From positions 1-64,000 of IMG/VR virus record IMGVR_UViG_3300032018_000004: a stretch of 64,000 nt of DNA, one strand, 5' to 3'. The notes under the pieces were generated by a model. That model did no database searches. It worked only from the letters and a program-made list of their open reading frames with translations, and was not told the DNA's origin. This stretch comes from a virus. The translations under genes and the position numbers were made by a program. Shown here piece by piece: positions 29,344 to 38,386 of the stretch (its first letter is position 1; every line of letters starts with the position of its first letter).

Positions 29344-29390
29344 GTGGAAATTGGTTCAGAATACCAACTTGTCGGACGCCTCCTATCCAC
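29344..29390 (-). ncRNA. Structured cis-RNA motif, copy 2
   Basis: GTGGA-TAGG-AGGCGT-CCGACAAG-TTGGT-ATTCTGA-ACCAA-TT-TCCAC. Confidence 0.7.
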
Positions 29391-29411
29391 GCATTGCTCT
29401 AATTATAATCA

Positions 29412-30800
29412 TTATTTGTATTTTGTCAATAATTCCTTCATTTTTTCTGGGGAATGAATATTATTACCGCCAATTGAGCCTTTAGTCACCCTGCTTAAAA
29501 TTTCATCAATTACCGTTGTATTCAACTGGAGTAGAGGTTCATCAAAACGAGAATCAAACGGAATTTTCCCATCTTCTTTTCTAATTTCATTTATAGTTTC
29601 AAGACCATTTTGAACATATTTTACTTGTTTATTTAATTTAAACTCATCATCTTCTGGAACGCAATTATCAAACTTTACGAACAGGCGATCAGAGTACCTT
29701 GGAATTAATTTTTCATTCAACTTCTCTTGAAATCGTTGGAGCCTTGGCTGAATTGTAGAACTCAAGTAGAGCCAAGTAGCTCCTTGAAGGTTAGCTCTAT
29801 TGCTATCTTTTGAGTACATAGACAAACTTATTCCATAACTATTCAAAATTTGCTCTTTTACGAACTCTCTTCCTCCAAGGTGGGCCATTTCCTTTGGGGA
29901 CACAGACAAAGCCTTATATTTAAGTCCATGATCAAGCAACGGCTGTTTCCCGGCGTTTCTTGGTCCACTAAAAGCCTGTTGTATCTCGGTTTTCAACCGC
30001 TCGAACTCATGATCCCCAAGCTCTTGGTCTGTTTCAAATAACCCAGAGAGACTATTCCCGCCATTTCTAAACATTGCTTCTTCATATTCATTAATTGACC
30101 TATCAAGTCCATATATATCAGACACAGAAGAAAATGGAGAATATCCATAATATTGACTTTTGGGATTCGCCATTTTAAAATGAATAACTTCTGATTCTTC
30201 TAATAAGACTTCATTTTGGCCTTTAATATATTTATAGCCAGAAATAAATTTTTGAGCATCAGGAATAATTTTGCAAAATTGAGGGGGGATTGTCCAAATT
30301 TCTTTAGGTGTCCCAAATTTATCTGAAAGAATATTCCAGTAGCAATTGCCTGTAAGTTCCTGCCAAAGTTGAGTCATTTCAAATAAATCGAATGTGTTCA
30401 TGAACGGATTCACATTACGCATTAAAGTATGGTAAGGATGTTCTAGCACCTCTTCAAATTCTACTGCCTTCCTCACAGCAGGAATATTGGACAAGAAGGC
30501 ATTTTCCCTTATCCCAATCTCCTGAGCCTTACTTACTGCTCTAGTAGGATAACCTTTTAAACTTCCTTTATTGTTCTTTGCAACGTAGAGACGCAGGGGA
30601 ACATTAGCCACCGTAGTCGCATTTTTTGAACTCGCTACATACACCCAACTTCTATAAGCATTTATCATGCTATAGAAGTCATCATCGCTATACAACCCCC
30701 TGCCGTATTGCCAACTATTCAATTGCGGCAATGGTGATTTTCTGACAGGATAGTTTCCCGCCTTCCTCGCCTTTATCTCAAAATCAAACGGTGATCCCAT
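29412..30800 (-). CDS. Portal protein (HK97 family)
   Basis: HP...L...NPFM, TGNCYW, EVIHFKMANP...YGYSP, GPRNAGK, TINEIR. Confidence 0.95.
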   Translation of the reverse strand: MGSPFDFEIKARKAGNYPVRKSPLPQLNSWQYGRGLYSDDDFYSMINAYRSWVYVASSKNATTVANVPLRLYVAKNNKGSLKGYPTRAVSKAQEIGIRENAFLSNIPAVRKAVEFEEVLEHPYHTLMRNVNPFMNTFDLFEMTQLWQELTGNCYWNILSDKFGTPKEIWTIPPQFCKIIPDAQKFISGYKYIKGQNEVLLEESEVIHFKMANPKSQYYGYSPFSSVSDIYGLDRSINEYEEAMFRNGGNSLSGLFETDQELGDHEFERLKTEIQQAFSGPRNAGKQPLLDHGLKYKALSVSPKEMAHLGGREFVKEQILNSYGISLSMYSKDSNRANLQGATWLYLSSTIQPRLQRFQEKLNEKLIPRYSDRLFVKFDNCVPEDDEFKLNKQVKYVQNGLETINEIRKEDGKIPFDSRFDEPLLQLNTTVIDEILSRVTKGSIGGNNIHSPEKMKELLTKYK

Positions 30801-30805
30801 ATATT

Positions 30806-31138
30806 TTAAACCTCAAGAGCTTGATTTACTTTTACACGATTTCTCAAAAAATCTTCGTGAAATGATTTGTTCAAAAATTCTTTCTTTTCAATATCAAAAT
30901 ATTCGCAATGAATATAGAGTTTGCATTCGTTGAGTGTTGCTACTTTATTTATAAAATTTTCACTTGAAGAGTAGTCAAGGACATAAAATTCAATCCCATT
31001 ATATTCAACCATCATCCCTCTTGGAAATGAGTATTGCAATGTCTCTTCATAGAATTTGAATTCCACTTTTCTTTCTTGAATTGGAAATAGGAGTGATCTT
31101 AAAATAAAGAAGATGTGTTTTAGAGATTGGAGATTCAT
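30806..31138 (-). CDS. Hypothetical protein
   Basis: ORF with AGGA RBS between tRNA and portal. Confidence 0.55.
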   Translation of the reverse strand: MNLQSLKHIFFILRSLLFPIQERKVEFKFYEETLQYSFPRGMMVEYNGIEFYVLDYSSSENFINKVATLNECKLYIHCEYFDIEKKEFLNKSFHEDFLRNRVKVNQALEV

Positions 31139-31155
31139 TTTGTCCTTTAAAAAGT

Positions 31156-31231
31156 TGGAGCTGGCAGCAGGAATCGAACCCGCGACAATCTACTTACAAG
31201 GCAGAGGCTCTACCGACTGAGCTATACCAGC
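31156..31231 (-). tRNA. tRNA-Thr (UGU)
   Basis: GCTGGTA/TGCCAGC acceptor, TAGCTCAGTCGGTAGAGC D-arm, CTTGTAA anticodon loop, GGTTCGATTCC T-arm, encoded CCA. Confidence 0.95.
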
Positions 31232-31234
31232 CAT

Positions 31235-32971
31235 TTATATTAGCCTTACCCTTGGTGTCGCTTGCTCATAGAAACACATTCTTAAAGCAGCAAATTTATC
31301 GTCACTATTCCCATTTATTTTCTTCTTTACTGTCTTTTTATCGCTTACTTTAATTTTTCCAGAATTTTGATCTTCTCCATAGTCATATGCCATCATCTGC
31401 TCTTTCAATTCTGGATCATCTGGAATCATTGCGGAAGGCTCTTTCTTTAACCATTCGGCAACTTTCCACGCAAGCTCGTCGCGAATCAGACCAAATCTGC
31501 CTATATCACACTTCTTATCGCTTGGAGCAGAAACATAAATCTTTTTTACATTAAAGTGTTGACGAATCATTTCTTTATGACAAATTGGGCATTTAAAGAA
31601 ATCTTCGTCTGTATATGTTTTATCAACACCTTCGCATTCAGAGTTACAGCATTTCCAGTAAAACATTCTGGAAATTTTTGGAGGGATAGCAGCGCCAATT
31701 CCGTCGCTTTCTACATTGATCTGTTGACCGTCTAATTCAGCAGATATCTTTGCTATTTTGTCGGCAGATAAATCAACATCAATCCCACGCCACATGTCGA
31801 AGCCAGCGACATAGTTGCCATACTTCTTAGCTACACAACTATTGTCAGTTCCTTCATCTGCTATATCACAACCAAGAATTGGCTTGATTCCCTTAATTGC
31901 ATCTTTCCCGTATTGAGCGGTATATAATTTCCATCTTGTTACCGCATTATCAATATCGGTTTCGGAGAATAGAGAATTTGCAGTGCTGGTGGGATACAGG
32001 CCCAACACTTTATACGAAAATGCAGAATTAATTATCCTGCGCCATCCACCTTCAAGCGGTGGATACTCTTTGCCAGATGGAGATATGGCAATACAACCAA
32101 CTAAAAATTCCGGTACTTCAAAACAAGATGAATCTGGCTCTTCATCTTCCTTTAGAGGAATTGTCCAATCGTAAATACGCTCTACTGTTTTATCTCTCGA
32201 AACAGCCCCAGGAATTACATTTTCTCCGGTCATGACATTCGGATGAGCGAACGCGCTCAGGATTATTACATTTGCCCTTTGGTTCTTTACTTGATCATAT
32301 ATCCATCCAGAGCGTCTTTTAGGGTTATAAAGATTTAACTGCCTACTCCCATCACCTGATAAACAACCATCTTCCCCTCTAAATACCTCATTCGGGATGG
32401 CATCGCATTCATCATTCACAAAAAGTAAAAATGGGGCGTGAGAACCTGAGAATTTAGACTCTCTCTCCTCTTCGCTGCCGGAAGTAGGAACAGTCTTACC
32501 AAGAATAAAATGTTTGTTACTTCCTTCTGATTCTTCACCTTCTTTGTAACTTACATCATCTGTTATTTTAAGAGTGAGAATTTTATCTGTCTTGAAAAGT
32601 TTTCTGTTGGCAAGAACCATATCATTGATTTCGCTAAACAGTTTGCTTTTCAAATTCTCCTCTGGTGGTGCAGCAGTAGCAATTACCTGTGACTGTGGGA
32701 AGCACTTGTACCACCATGCAGAAACAGCGGCAGCGATGTACGTCTTCCCAACTCCCGTGGCTGATTGGCAAACAGTTACTTTGTTGTCCCTGACCGACTC
32801 TGCAATGATGACAAGATCAGGAGGGATATTTGCAATCCCTAATTCCTCTCTAAAGAATCCAACGGGATCGCTCTGGTATTGTGTTAGATCATTTCCAAGA
32901 GAGTTTTTAATCTCATCTTCGCCAAATGCCTTAATCAAGCTATCTAAGGCGGCATCGTCAAATTCAGTCAT
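31235..32971 (-). CDS. Terminase large subunit
   Basis: DPVGF, SATGVGKT Walker A, FVNDE Walker B, LGCDIADEGTD and ESDGIGA nuclease motifs. Confidence 0.93.
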   Translation of the reverse strand: MTEFDDAALDSLIKAFGEDEIKNSLGNDLTQYQSDPVGFFREELGIANIPPDLVIIAESVRDNKVTVCQSATGVGKTYIAAAVSAWWYKCFPQSQVIATAAPPEENLKSKLFSEINDMVLANRKLFKTDKILTLKITDDVSYKEGEESEGSNKHFILGKTVPTSGSEEERESKFSGSHAPFLLFVNDECDAIPNEVFRGEDGCLSGDGSRQLNLYNPKRRSGWIYDQVKNQRANVIILSAFAHPNVMTGENVIPGAVSRDKTVERIYDWTIPLKEDEEPDSSCFEVPEFLVGCIAISPSGKEYPPLEGGWRRIINSAFSYKVLGLYPTSTANSLFSETDIDNAVTRWKLYTAQYGKDAIKGIKPILGCDIADEGTDNSCVAKKYGNYVAGFDMWRGIDVDLSADKIAKISAELDGQQINVESDGIGAAIPPKISRMFYWKCCNSECEGVDKTYTDEDFFKCPICHKEMIRQHFNVKKIYVSAPSDKKCDIGRFGLIRDELAWKVAEWLKKEPSAMIPDDPELKEQMMAYDYGEDQNSGKIKVSDKKTVKKKINGNSDDKFAALRMCFYEQATPRVRLI

Positions 32972-32977
32972 AAAATC

Positions 32978-33187
32978 CTATAGTCTGTTCGCAACTAAAT
33001 ATGCGCCGCGCTTAATTACCTTAACACAATCACTGGCTTTCTGAATTGTTCTATGACCACCAACACAATCGCACAATGGGATAACATCTTCCTCTGTTAC
33101 AAAGAAAGCCCTAAAATAATTCATCGAGAAATTATCACCGAAATGAAAACATCGGATTAGAAAATCTATCCCAAGATCAGAGTACAT
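32978..33187 (-). CDS. Hypothetical protein
   Basis: Coupled between terminase genes. Confidence 0.45.
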   Translation of the reverse strand: MYSDLGIDFLIRCFHFGDNFSMNYFRAFFVTEEDVIPLCDCVGGHRTIQKASDCVKVIKRGAYLVANRL

Positions 33188-33375
33188 TATTTATTCTCTT
33201 TAATTTCTGAAGAATCATCACGAAGAAAAGTAGGAATTACATTCTCCATCTTAGCAAAATGCAAGAAATTATTATCCGTGGTATGAAATGTCATTATTCC
33301 CTTTTTCCACATCTCCCAATCTTGTTCAACTTCAAGATATAGAATCCTATCAGTTCCTTTTTCAAAAAATCTCAT
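33187..33375 (-). CDS. Hypothetical protein
   Basis: Overlaps terminase small subunit stop. Confidence 0.5.
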   Translation of the reverse strand: MRFFEKGTDRILYLEVEQDWEMWKKGIMTFHTTDNNFLHFAKMENVIPTFLRDDSSEIKENK

Positions 33376-34070
33376 TTATTTCCACCTATGCGCCTAGCTA
33401 ACGAGACCCGAATGTTGTCTTGTGTTTCTTGGGGGAGCATTGCAAGAAACTGCTTAAAATCGACTGGCAATGTTCTCTCTGCATCTTTATCAAATAACCC
33501 TAAATTCTTGGAAAGAGCATCAAGGCCATAATTCTTCTGGAGCAATCGATAACTTTTTGGATTCCCCTTTCGGTCATATACAATATCTTGGATTGCTGCT
33601 GCTTGTTCGCGTGTCAATTTCTGTATTGGCTTTAGAACACCTTCTTCATCATAATAATCTTGGAGATTGCTATAGGCAACCGAAGCATATTCAGTTAAGA
33701 CACGCTCTTGAGTGATTTGAAGCTTCTTGGTGATCTTCTTCTGCCTATTCTCAATTTCCCGTTTCACACGCGGGATTGTGAGAAGCCTTCGTCCAAACAC
33801 AGCGGCGTTCCAAATAGGCCATCCAGCCTCTTGCGCTGCCTTTTCCTCGTTGTAGTGAATCACATATTCATTACAGAATCGCTCAACCTTGAAGGGGAGT
33901 TCATCCTTGTCTGTGATGCCATCTAATTCTTTGACTGCTGCAATATATTCTTCAGGTTCGTATGGTTGAGTTTGAATTATCTCTAATTCAGTGTCAATAT
34001 ATTCTTGTTTTACAGCAGTTTTTTCTTTTTTAGAGACTCTTTTTGGTTTTTCAATCATTAAATTCTTCAA
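33372..34070 (-). CDS. Terminase small subunit
   Basis: RFCNEY...AAQEAG...ITQERVL.E...AYSN...LSKNLGLF. Confidence 0.9.
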   Translation of the reverse strand: MKNLMIEKPKRVSKKEKTAVKQEYIDTELEIIQTQPYEPEEYIAAVKELDGITDKDELPFKVERFCNEYVIHYNEEKAAQEAGWPIWNAAVFGRRLLTIPRVKREIENRQKKITKKLQITQERVLTEYASVAYSNLQDYYDEEGVLKPIQKLTREQAAAIQDIVYDRKGNPKSYRLLQKNYGLDALSKNLGLFDKDAERTLPVDFKQFLAMLPQETQDNIRVSLARRIGGNK

Positions 34071-34274
34071 TTATCTCTTTTAAAACGTCGATAAATCCCT
34101 CAAATTCTTCCTTTCTAATCATAGCAATCGCTTCTGATTCAGGAAAAAACTCAATAAATTCTTCCATTTTTACGATTTCTTCTTCGTAATTTTCGATTGT
34201 TTCTTCTATTTTTTCTAAAATTTCGTTCATCTTATTTAAGTTTTCACACTTCCTCCGTTAAATTTATATATATC

Positions 34275-34302
34275 TTATCGGCATTTTACTTAAAAAACTT
34301 TA
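34275..34302 (-). promoter_or_regulatory. sigma28-type promoter upstream of terminase operon
   Basis: TAAAGTTT-N12-GCCGATAA. Confidence 0.75.
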
Positions 34303-34334
34303 ATAATTTGTTGTATTTATGTTATATGAGCTTT

Positions 34335-34526
34335 TTACCAATGAATATGATCAAGACTTCCTTCATGGTAATCAGAGGTATAATCATATTCTACCATTTT
34401 TCTTCTATGACACTTAGGAATTCTTGAACCATTACTCGTTTTAGTTTTTCTGCACTGCTCGCAAATAAAAATATTCCCGATTAAATGAGCGTCTGAACCA
34501 TCGAACAATTGATCAAAACTTTTCAT
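34335..34526 (-). CDS. Small Cys-containing hypothetical protein
   Basis: CEQC...C motif; purine-rich RBS. Confidence 0.5.
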   Translation of the reverse strand: MKSFDQLFDGSDAHLIGNIFICEQCRKTKTSNGSRIPKCHRRKMVEYDYTSDYHEGSLDHIHW

Positions 34527-34697
34527 ATCTCTTCCTTCCCTCGTTCAAAATCTTTTAAAATCCTAAGAGAATCTTCTTCCTCAAACCTACTCTTTCTCGA
34601 TTTTCCAAATCTGTCTCTAATTTTGATCTTTTTCTTTGATTTATTGCTATGATCTCTTTTCTCTCTTGCATCTTCCTCAAAATCTTCCTGAAACATC

Positions 34698-35042
34698 CTA
34701 ATCTCCTGAAATATTATTCTCTTCTCCGATATTTACATTGCATTCCTTATTCCCATCCCAAATCATTGTCCCATATTCCCAATCACCTTGGTTTAGGTAG
34801 TGGCAAAATCCATTCTGCTCTTGAGGCTTCTTTAAGACTAAACTCCAGTACGGGCAATAGTGCGTTTCTTGGCTATACGATGAAACTGAGTGGGTGAAAT
34901 AGCATTTTGTCCCAAGTGGGATGTAGGTTGGGTTTGATTCGATAGAAGTTTTAATGTTTTTATCTCTTCCTGGGCATGTATTACAATCTGAGTGGTCATA
35001 GTATGGGTCATTTCTATTAAAGCATTGTCTTGTGCAGGACAT
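34698..35042 (-). CDS. Cys-rich hypothetical phage protein
   Basis: IPLGTKCY...CPYW...FCHYL...WD..KEC; GGAGG RBS. Confidence 0.65.
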   Translation of the reverse strand: MSCTRQCFNRNDPYYDHSDCNTCPGRDKNIKTSIESNPTYIPLGTKCYFTHSVSSYSQETHYCPYWSLVLKKPQEQNGFCHYLNQGDWEYGTMIWDGNKECNVNIGEENNISGD

Positions 35043-35068
35043 TTAAATCCTCCAGTTCAATTTCACAT

Positions 35069-35097
35069 ACTATAATCACAATATATTCTTTTGTCAA
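35069..35097 (-). promoter_or_regulatory. sigma70-type promoter
   Basis: TTGACA-N17-TATAGT. Confidence 0.7.
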
Positions 35098-35132
35098 GTC
35101 GTTTAAATATCTTTTCTAGCCTATACAATCAC

Positions 35133-35160
35133 TTATCGGAATATTTCATTAAAAACTTTA
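35133..35160 (-). promoter_or_regulatory. sigma28-type promoter at the head of the late strand
   Basis: TAAAGTTT-N12-TCCGATAA. Confidence 0.72.
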
Positions 35161-35211
35161 ATTTATTTTGTTTCTTTAGTTGACTTTTCTAGCCTAGTGA
35201 TTACTTTTCGT

Positions 35212-35238
35212 TTAAGTTTTCGGTAGAAATGCCGATAA
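35212..35238 (+). promoter_or_regulatory. sigma28-type promoter, divergent, facing ncRNA candidate
   Basis: TTAAGTTT-N11-GCCGATAA. Confidence 0.7.
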
Positions 35239-35244
35239 GGTGTA

Positions 35245-35575
35245 GAAATCCATCATTCCTTGTACTTAATGGTGAACAGACGGTTCTTGATTTTAACTTA
35301 CTGATCCGTACCACGCCGGAAGTGGTGAAAAAGTAATGCGAGGTTGCGCTTATCCGGCAAAAGAATCACACAGCCCTCAAGACGTAATATGGGACGGGGT
35401 TACGGAAGAGATAATCAGCAAATAGCTGGTGTTAAATCCAAAACAGGCTTACGTATACGATGCCGTGAAAGCGGTGAGTGCTTGGGACACTTTAAAAACT
35501 CGCCTGATAATTCGTGTGATTCTTTCTTAGCTTGTTGACTTCTATTCCTATCGGAAGGGATAACAAGGAGTTCTT
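35245..35575 (+). ncRNA. Large structured non-coding RNA candidate
   Basis: GC-richer intergenic block with many complementary segments (see findings), directly after a promoter. Confidence 0.55.
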
Positions 35576-35717
35576 AATTAGTCGTTGTATAAATAATATA
35601 GGTTGTATAGTAAAAGAATATAAACTACTATCTACTTAATATTATATACATCGGTGCGTAAGTCCCGAAATAGGTTTAAAATTAGATAATAACAAATACT
35701 AAAAGAAAGAGAAGTAT

Positions 35718-36329
35718 ATGGCAAAGTGGAAAACTAAGGAAGATAGACAAAAATTTTATAACTCTATAGAATGGAAAGCTATCAAGGAGAATCTGTTTTC
35801 TGTAAGAGGACGGAAATGTGAAATTTGCGGGAAGACAGAATCAATCCAAGTTCACCACTTAACTTATGACAGGTTTGGCGGAAACGAAGAATTAACCGAC
35901 CTAAAAATATTGTGTGGGTTTCATCACATGGAAGAGCATGGACTTATTTTCAATAACAATAGTCGCTGTGTTAGCCTTGGGTTAATGTACGTTGACATTG
36001 TTGACGATCTAGTTGCTGGATTGTTGTTGTCTCAAATTATTTATTGGCATCTACCAGGGAAAACCGGCCAAACAAAATTAAGAATCCTGAAAGAAGACAG
36101 GAAATGGCTTGCTAAAAGAAGACAAGATTGGTTTGATGAATGTAGAATAACTATTCGTCAATATGTCAGAGCAATTAAAATCTTGGAAGATATGAATATT
36201 GTTGTGACAAAGATTTTTAAATTTAACGGAGAGCCAACCGTACACATTTCATTAAATCAAGATATATTTTTAGGGTTAGTAGAAAAGTATTTAAACAACC
36301 AACCAGTTGAGAATGACGATGGCGAATAA
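35718..36329 (+). CDS. HNH domain fused to replication-initiator-like winged HTH
   Basis: CEICG...VHHLTY...LC..HH then AGLLLSQIIYW...W..E..I....RAIKIL. Confidence 0.75.
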   Translation: MAKWKTKEDRQKFYNSIEWKAIKENLFSVRGRKCEICGKTESIQVHHLTYDRFGGNEELTDLKILCGFHHMEEHGLIFNNNSRCVSLGLMYVDIVDDLVAGLLLSQIIYWHLPGKTGQTKLRILKEDRKWLAKRRQDWFDECRITIRQYVRAIKILEDMNIVVTKIFKFNGEPTVHISLNQDIFLGLVEKYLNNQPVENDDGE

Positions 36330-36711
36330 GTTTTACGACAGCAAAGAGTGGGCAGTTATAAAGAATGACCTTTTCATGATAAGAGGGAAGAAGTGCGAGA
36401 TTTGTGGGAGCACTGTGAGAATAAATGTCCACCACTTGAGTTATAAGAATTTTGGCGGGAATGAAGAACCAGAAGATTTGATCGTTCTATGCAGGATATG
36501 TCATGAAGGCGAACATGGGATTGTAAGACCAACTACAATTAGTAAAACTGCTAAAAGGAAAGCAGCGAGAAGAGAACGGCTTCGCCTTAAAAGAATACGG
36601 CAAAGAGAAGGCCGTGCTGAATGGGAATTGTCGCAAGAAGTTAAGAGAAAGAGATTTGAAACGAAACTAATTATAAGAAGAGTTGGATCAGACGATATAA
36701 TTAGAAAATAG
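36307..36711 (+). CDS. HNH endonuclease with Arg-rich C-terminal helix
   Basis: CEICG...VHHLSY...LCRICH; KRKAARRERLRLKRIRQR. Confidence 0.85.
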   Translation: MRMTMANKFYDSKEWAVIKNDLFMIRGKKCEICGSTVRINVHHLSYKNFGGNEEPEDLIVLCRICHEGEHGIVRPTTISKTAKRKAARRERLRLKRIRQREGRAEWELSQEVKRKRFETKLIIRRVGSDDIIRK

Positions 36712-37047
36712 GAGGCACTATGTTTAACTACCTATGCAGAAAATGTAATACAGTGTTTAGTTCAGTCCAAGGAACAATAGCTAATATCTGCCCATGTTGT
36801 GGTGGAGATGCAGTGAGGGTGGAATGAAAACTAAAATAATACCACTCCTTATTTTTACTATTTGCCTTAAACCTAAATCAAGAACCCTTGGATGCCTCTT
36901 CTCAATTCTATCTTCCACGGTCAAAGCAAGAAAATAAGAAACAAATGGCGATCTATCCGAATTTCACGCTTGACATTTCTGAAATAAATGGTAATACTGA
37001 GTTGACTGGTGGTAGCATAAGATTAAGCTTTAGATTTTAGGATAATT

Positions 37048-38070
37048 ATGGACGAAGGAATTAATGTTTTAAGTTTGTTTGACGGAATGAGTTGTGGGCA
37101 GATAGCATTAGAAAGGGCGGGAATAAAAGTTAAAAATTATTTTGCTAGTGAAATTGATAAATACGCTATTAAGGTAACTCAATCTAATTACCCAAATACA
37201 ATTCAGCTAGGAGATGTGACAAAAGTAGATAGTTCTAATTTACCTAAAATTGATTTGTTAATTGGTGGCAGCCCATGCCAGGGATTTAGCTTTGCTGGAA
37301 AACAACTGAATTTCGAGGATGTTAGGAGTAAGCTCTTCTTTGAATATGTTCGTCTTTTGAAAGAATTAAATCCTAGATATTTCTTGCTTGAAAATGTTAG
37401 GATGAAAAAAGAAAGTAAAGATATTATTTCTGAATATTTAGGATTTGAACCGATTGAAATAAATTCTGCATTGGTTTCTGCGCAAAATAGAAAAAGATTA
37501 TATTGGACGAATATACCTAATGTTGAGCAACCGGAAGATAATGGTATTTTTCTTAAAGACATTATTGAGAATGGGCTTATTGATAGAGATAAAAGCTATT
37601 GCGTAGATGCAAATTATTTTAAAAGGGGGAATCTGAAAAGTAACTTTTCAGATTGTAGAAGGCAATTAGTTTTTGAGAAACCTCATGGATGGAATAAGGG
37701 TGGAGTACAAGAGAAGGATAAATTTGGTTCTCTGAGGGAATGCACTAACGGAAATTATGCTGTATATGATAGCCAACGATGCGTCCAAACAGGAGAAGCC
37801 GACTTAAATGGATTTGACTGTATAAAAAGAACTTACGATATTTCTGGTAAGTGTCCGACACTTACCACTATGACAGGAGGACATAGAGAACCTAAGATAA
37901 CTTTATCAGAAATGAAGTGGCGTAAATTAACCCCAATCGAGTGCGAAAGATTACAAACAGTGCCAGATAATTACACAAATTATGTTTCAAATGCTCAAAG
38001 ATATAAAATGCTAGGGAATGGTTGGACGGTAAACGTAATTGTGCATATTTTTAAAAACATAGAGATTTGA
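37048..38070 (+). CDS. DNA (cytosine-5) methyltransferase
   Basis: SLFDG, GGSPCQGFS, LENV, QNRKRLYW, MLGNGW. Confidence 0.95.
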   Translation: MDEGINVLSLFDGMSCGQIALERAGIKVKNYFASEIDKYAIKVTQSNYPNTIQLGDVTKVDSSNLPKIDLLIGGSPCQGFSFAGKQLNFEDVRSKLFFEYVRLLKELNPRYFLLENVRMKKESKDIISEYLGFEPIEINSALVSAQNRKRLYWTNIPNVEQPEDNGIFLKDIIENGLIDRDKSYCVDANYFKRGNLKSNFSDCRRQLVFEKPHGWNKGGVQEKDKFGSLRECTNGNYAVYDSQRCVQTGEADLNGFDCIKRTYDISGKCPTLTTMTGGHREPKITLSEMKWRKLTPIECERLQTVPDNYTNYVSNAQRYKMLGNGWTVNVIVHIFKNIEI

Positions 38071-38071
38071 T

Positions 38072-38377
38072 ATGAGTAAGTGTGTTAAACAAGATGTCGT
38101 AGCAATTATAAAGAATAGAAATAAAATATTTATAGGAATTAATTCTTGTAATAATCCTCAATTTGTTTGCCCAAGAGACAATATGCCGTCTGGCATTGGA
38201 TATGAGTTATGCAAATCTATATGTAGGCAAACTAATCATGCTGAAGTAAACGCTTGTATAAATGCAGGAGAATATGCTAGTGGGGCTACCTTATATTTAA
38301 TTGGGCATTCTTATTGTTGTGATGATTGCTTGCAAATAATGAAAGAGTATGGTATTAAGGAAATTATAATTCTATGA
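38072..38377 (+). CDS. dCMP deaminase-like Zn deaminase
   Basis: HAEVNA...CDDC...GIKEII. Confidence 0.8.
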   Translation: MSKCVKQDVVAIIKNRNKIFIGINSCNNPQFVCPRDNMPSGIGYELCKSICRQTNHAEVNACINAGEYASGATLYLIGHSYCCDDCLQIMKEYGIKEIIIL

Positions 38378-38386
38378 GGTTCTAAA

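Noticed and set aside
35245-35575. Group I or II intron, or the 64-aa ORF 35344-35538 as a real gene
   Set aside because: No interrupted host gene or recognisable intron core by eye; ORF has a TTG start, no RBS and no motif
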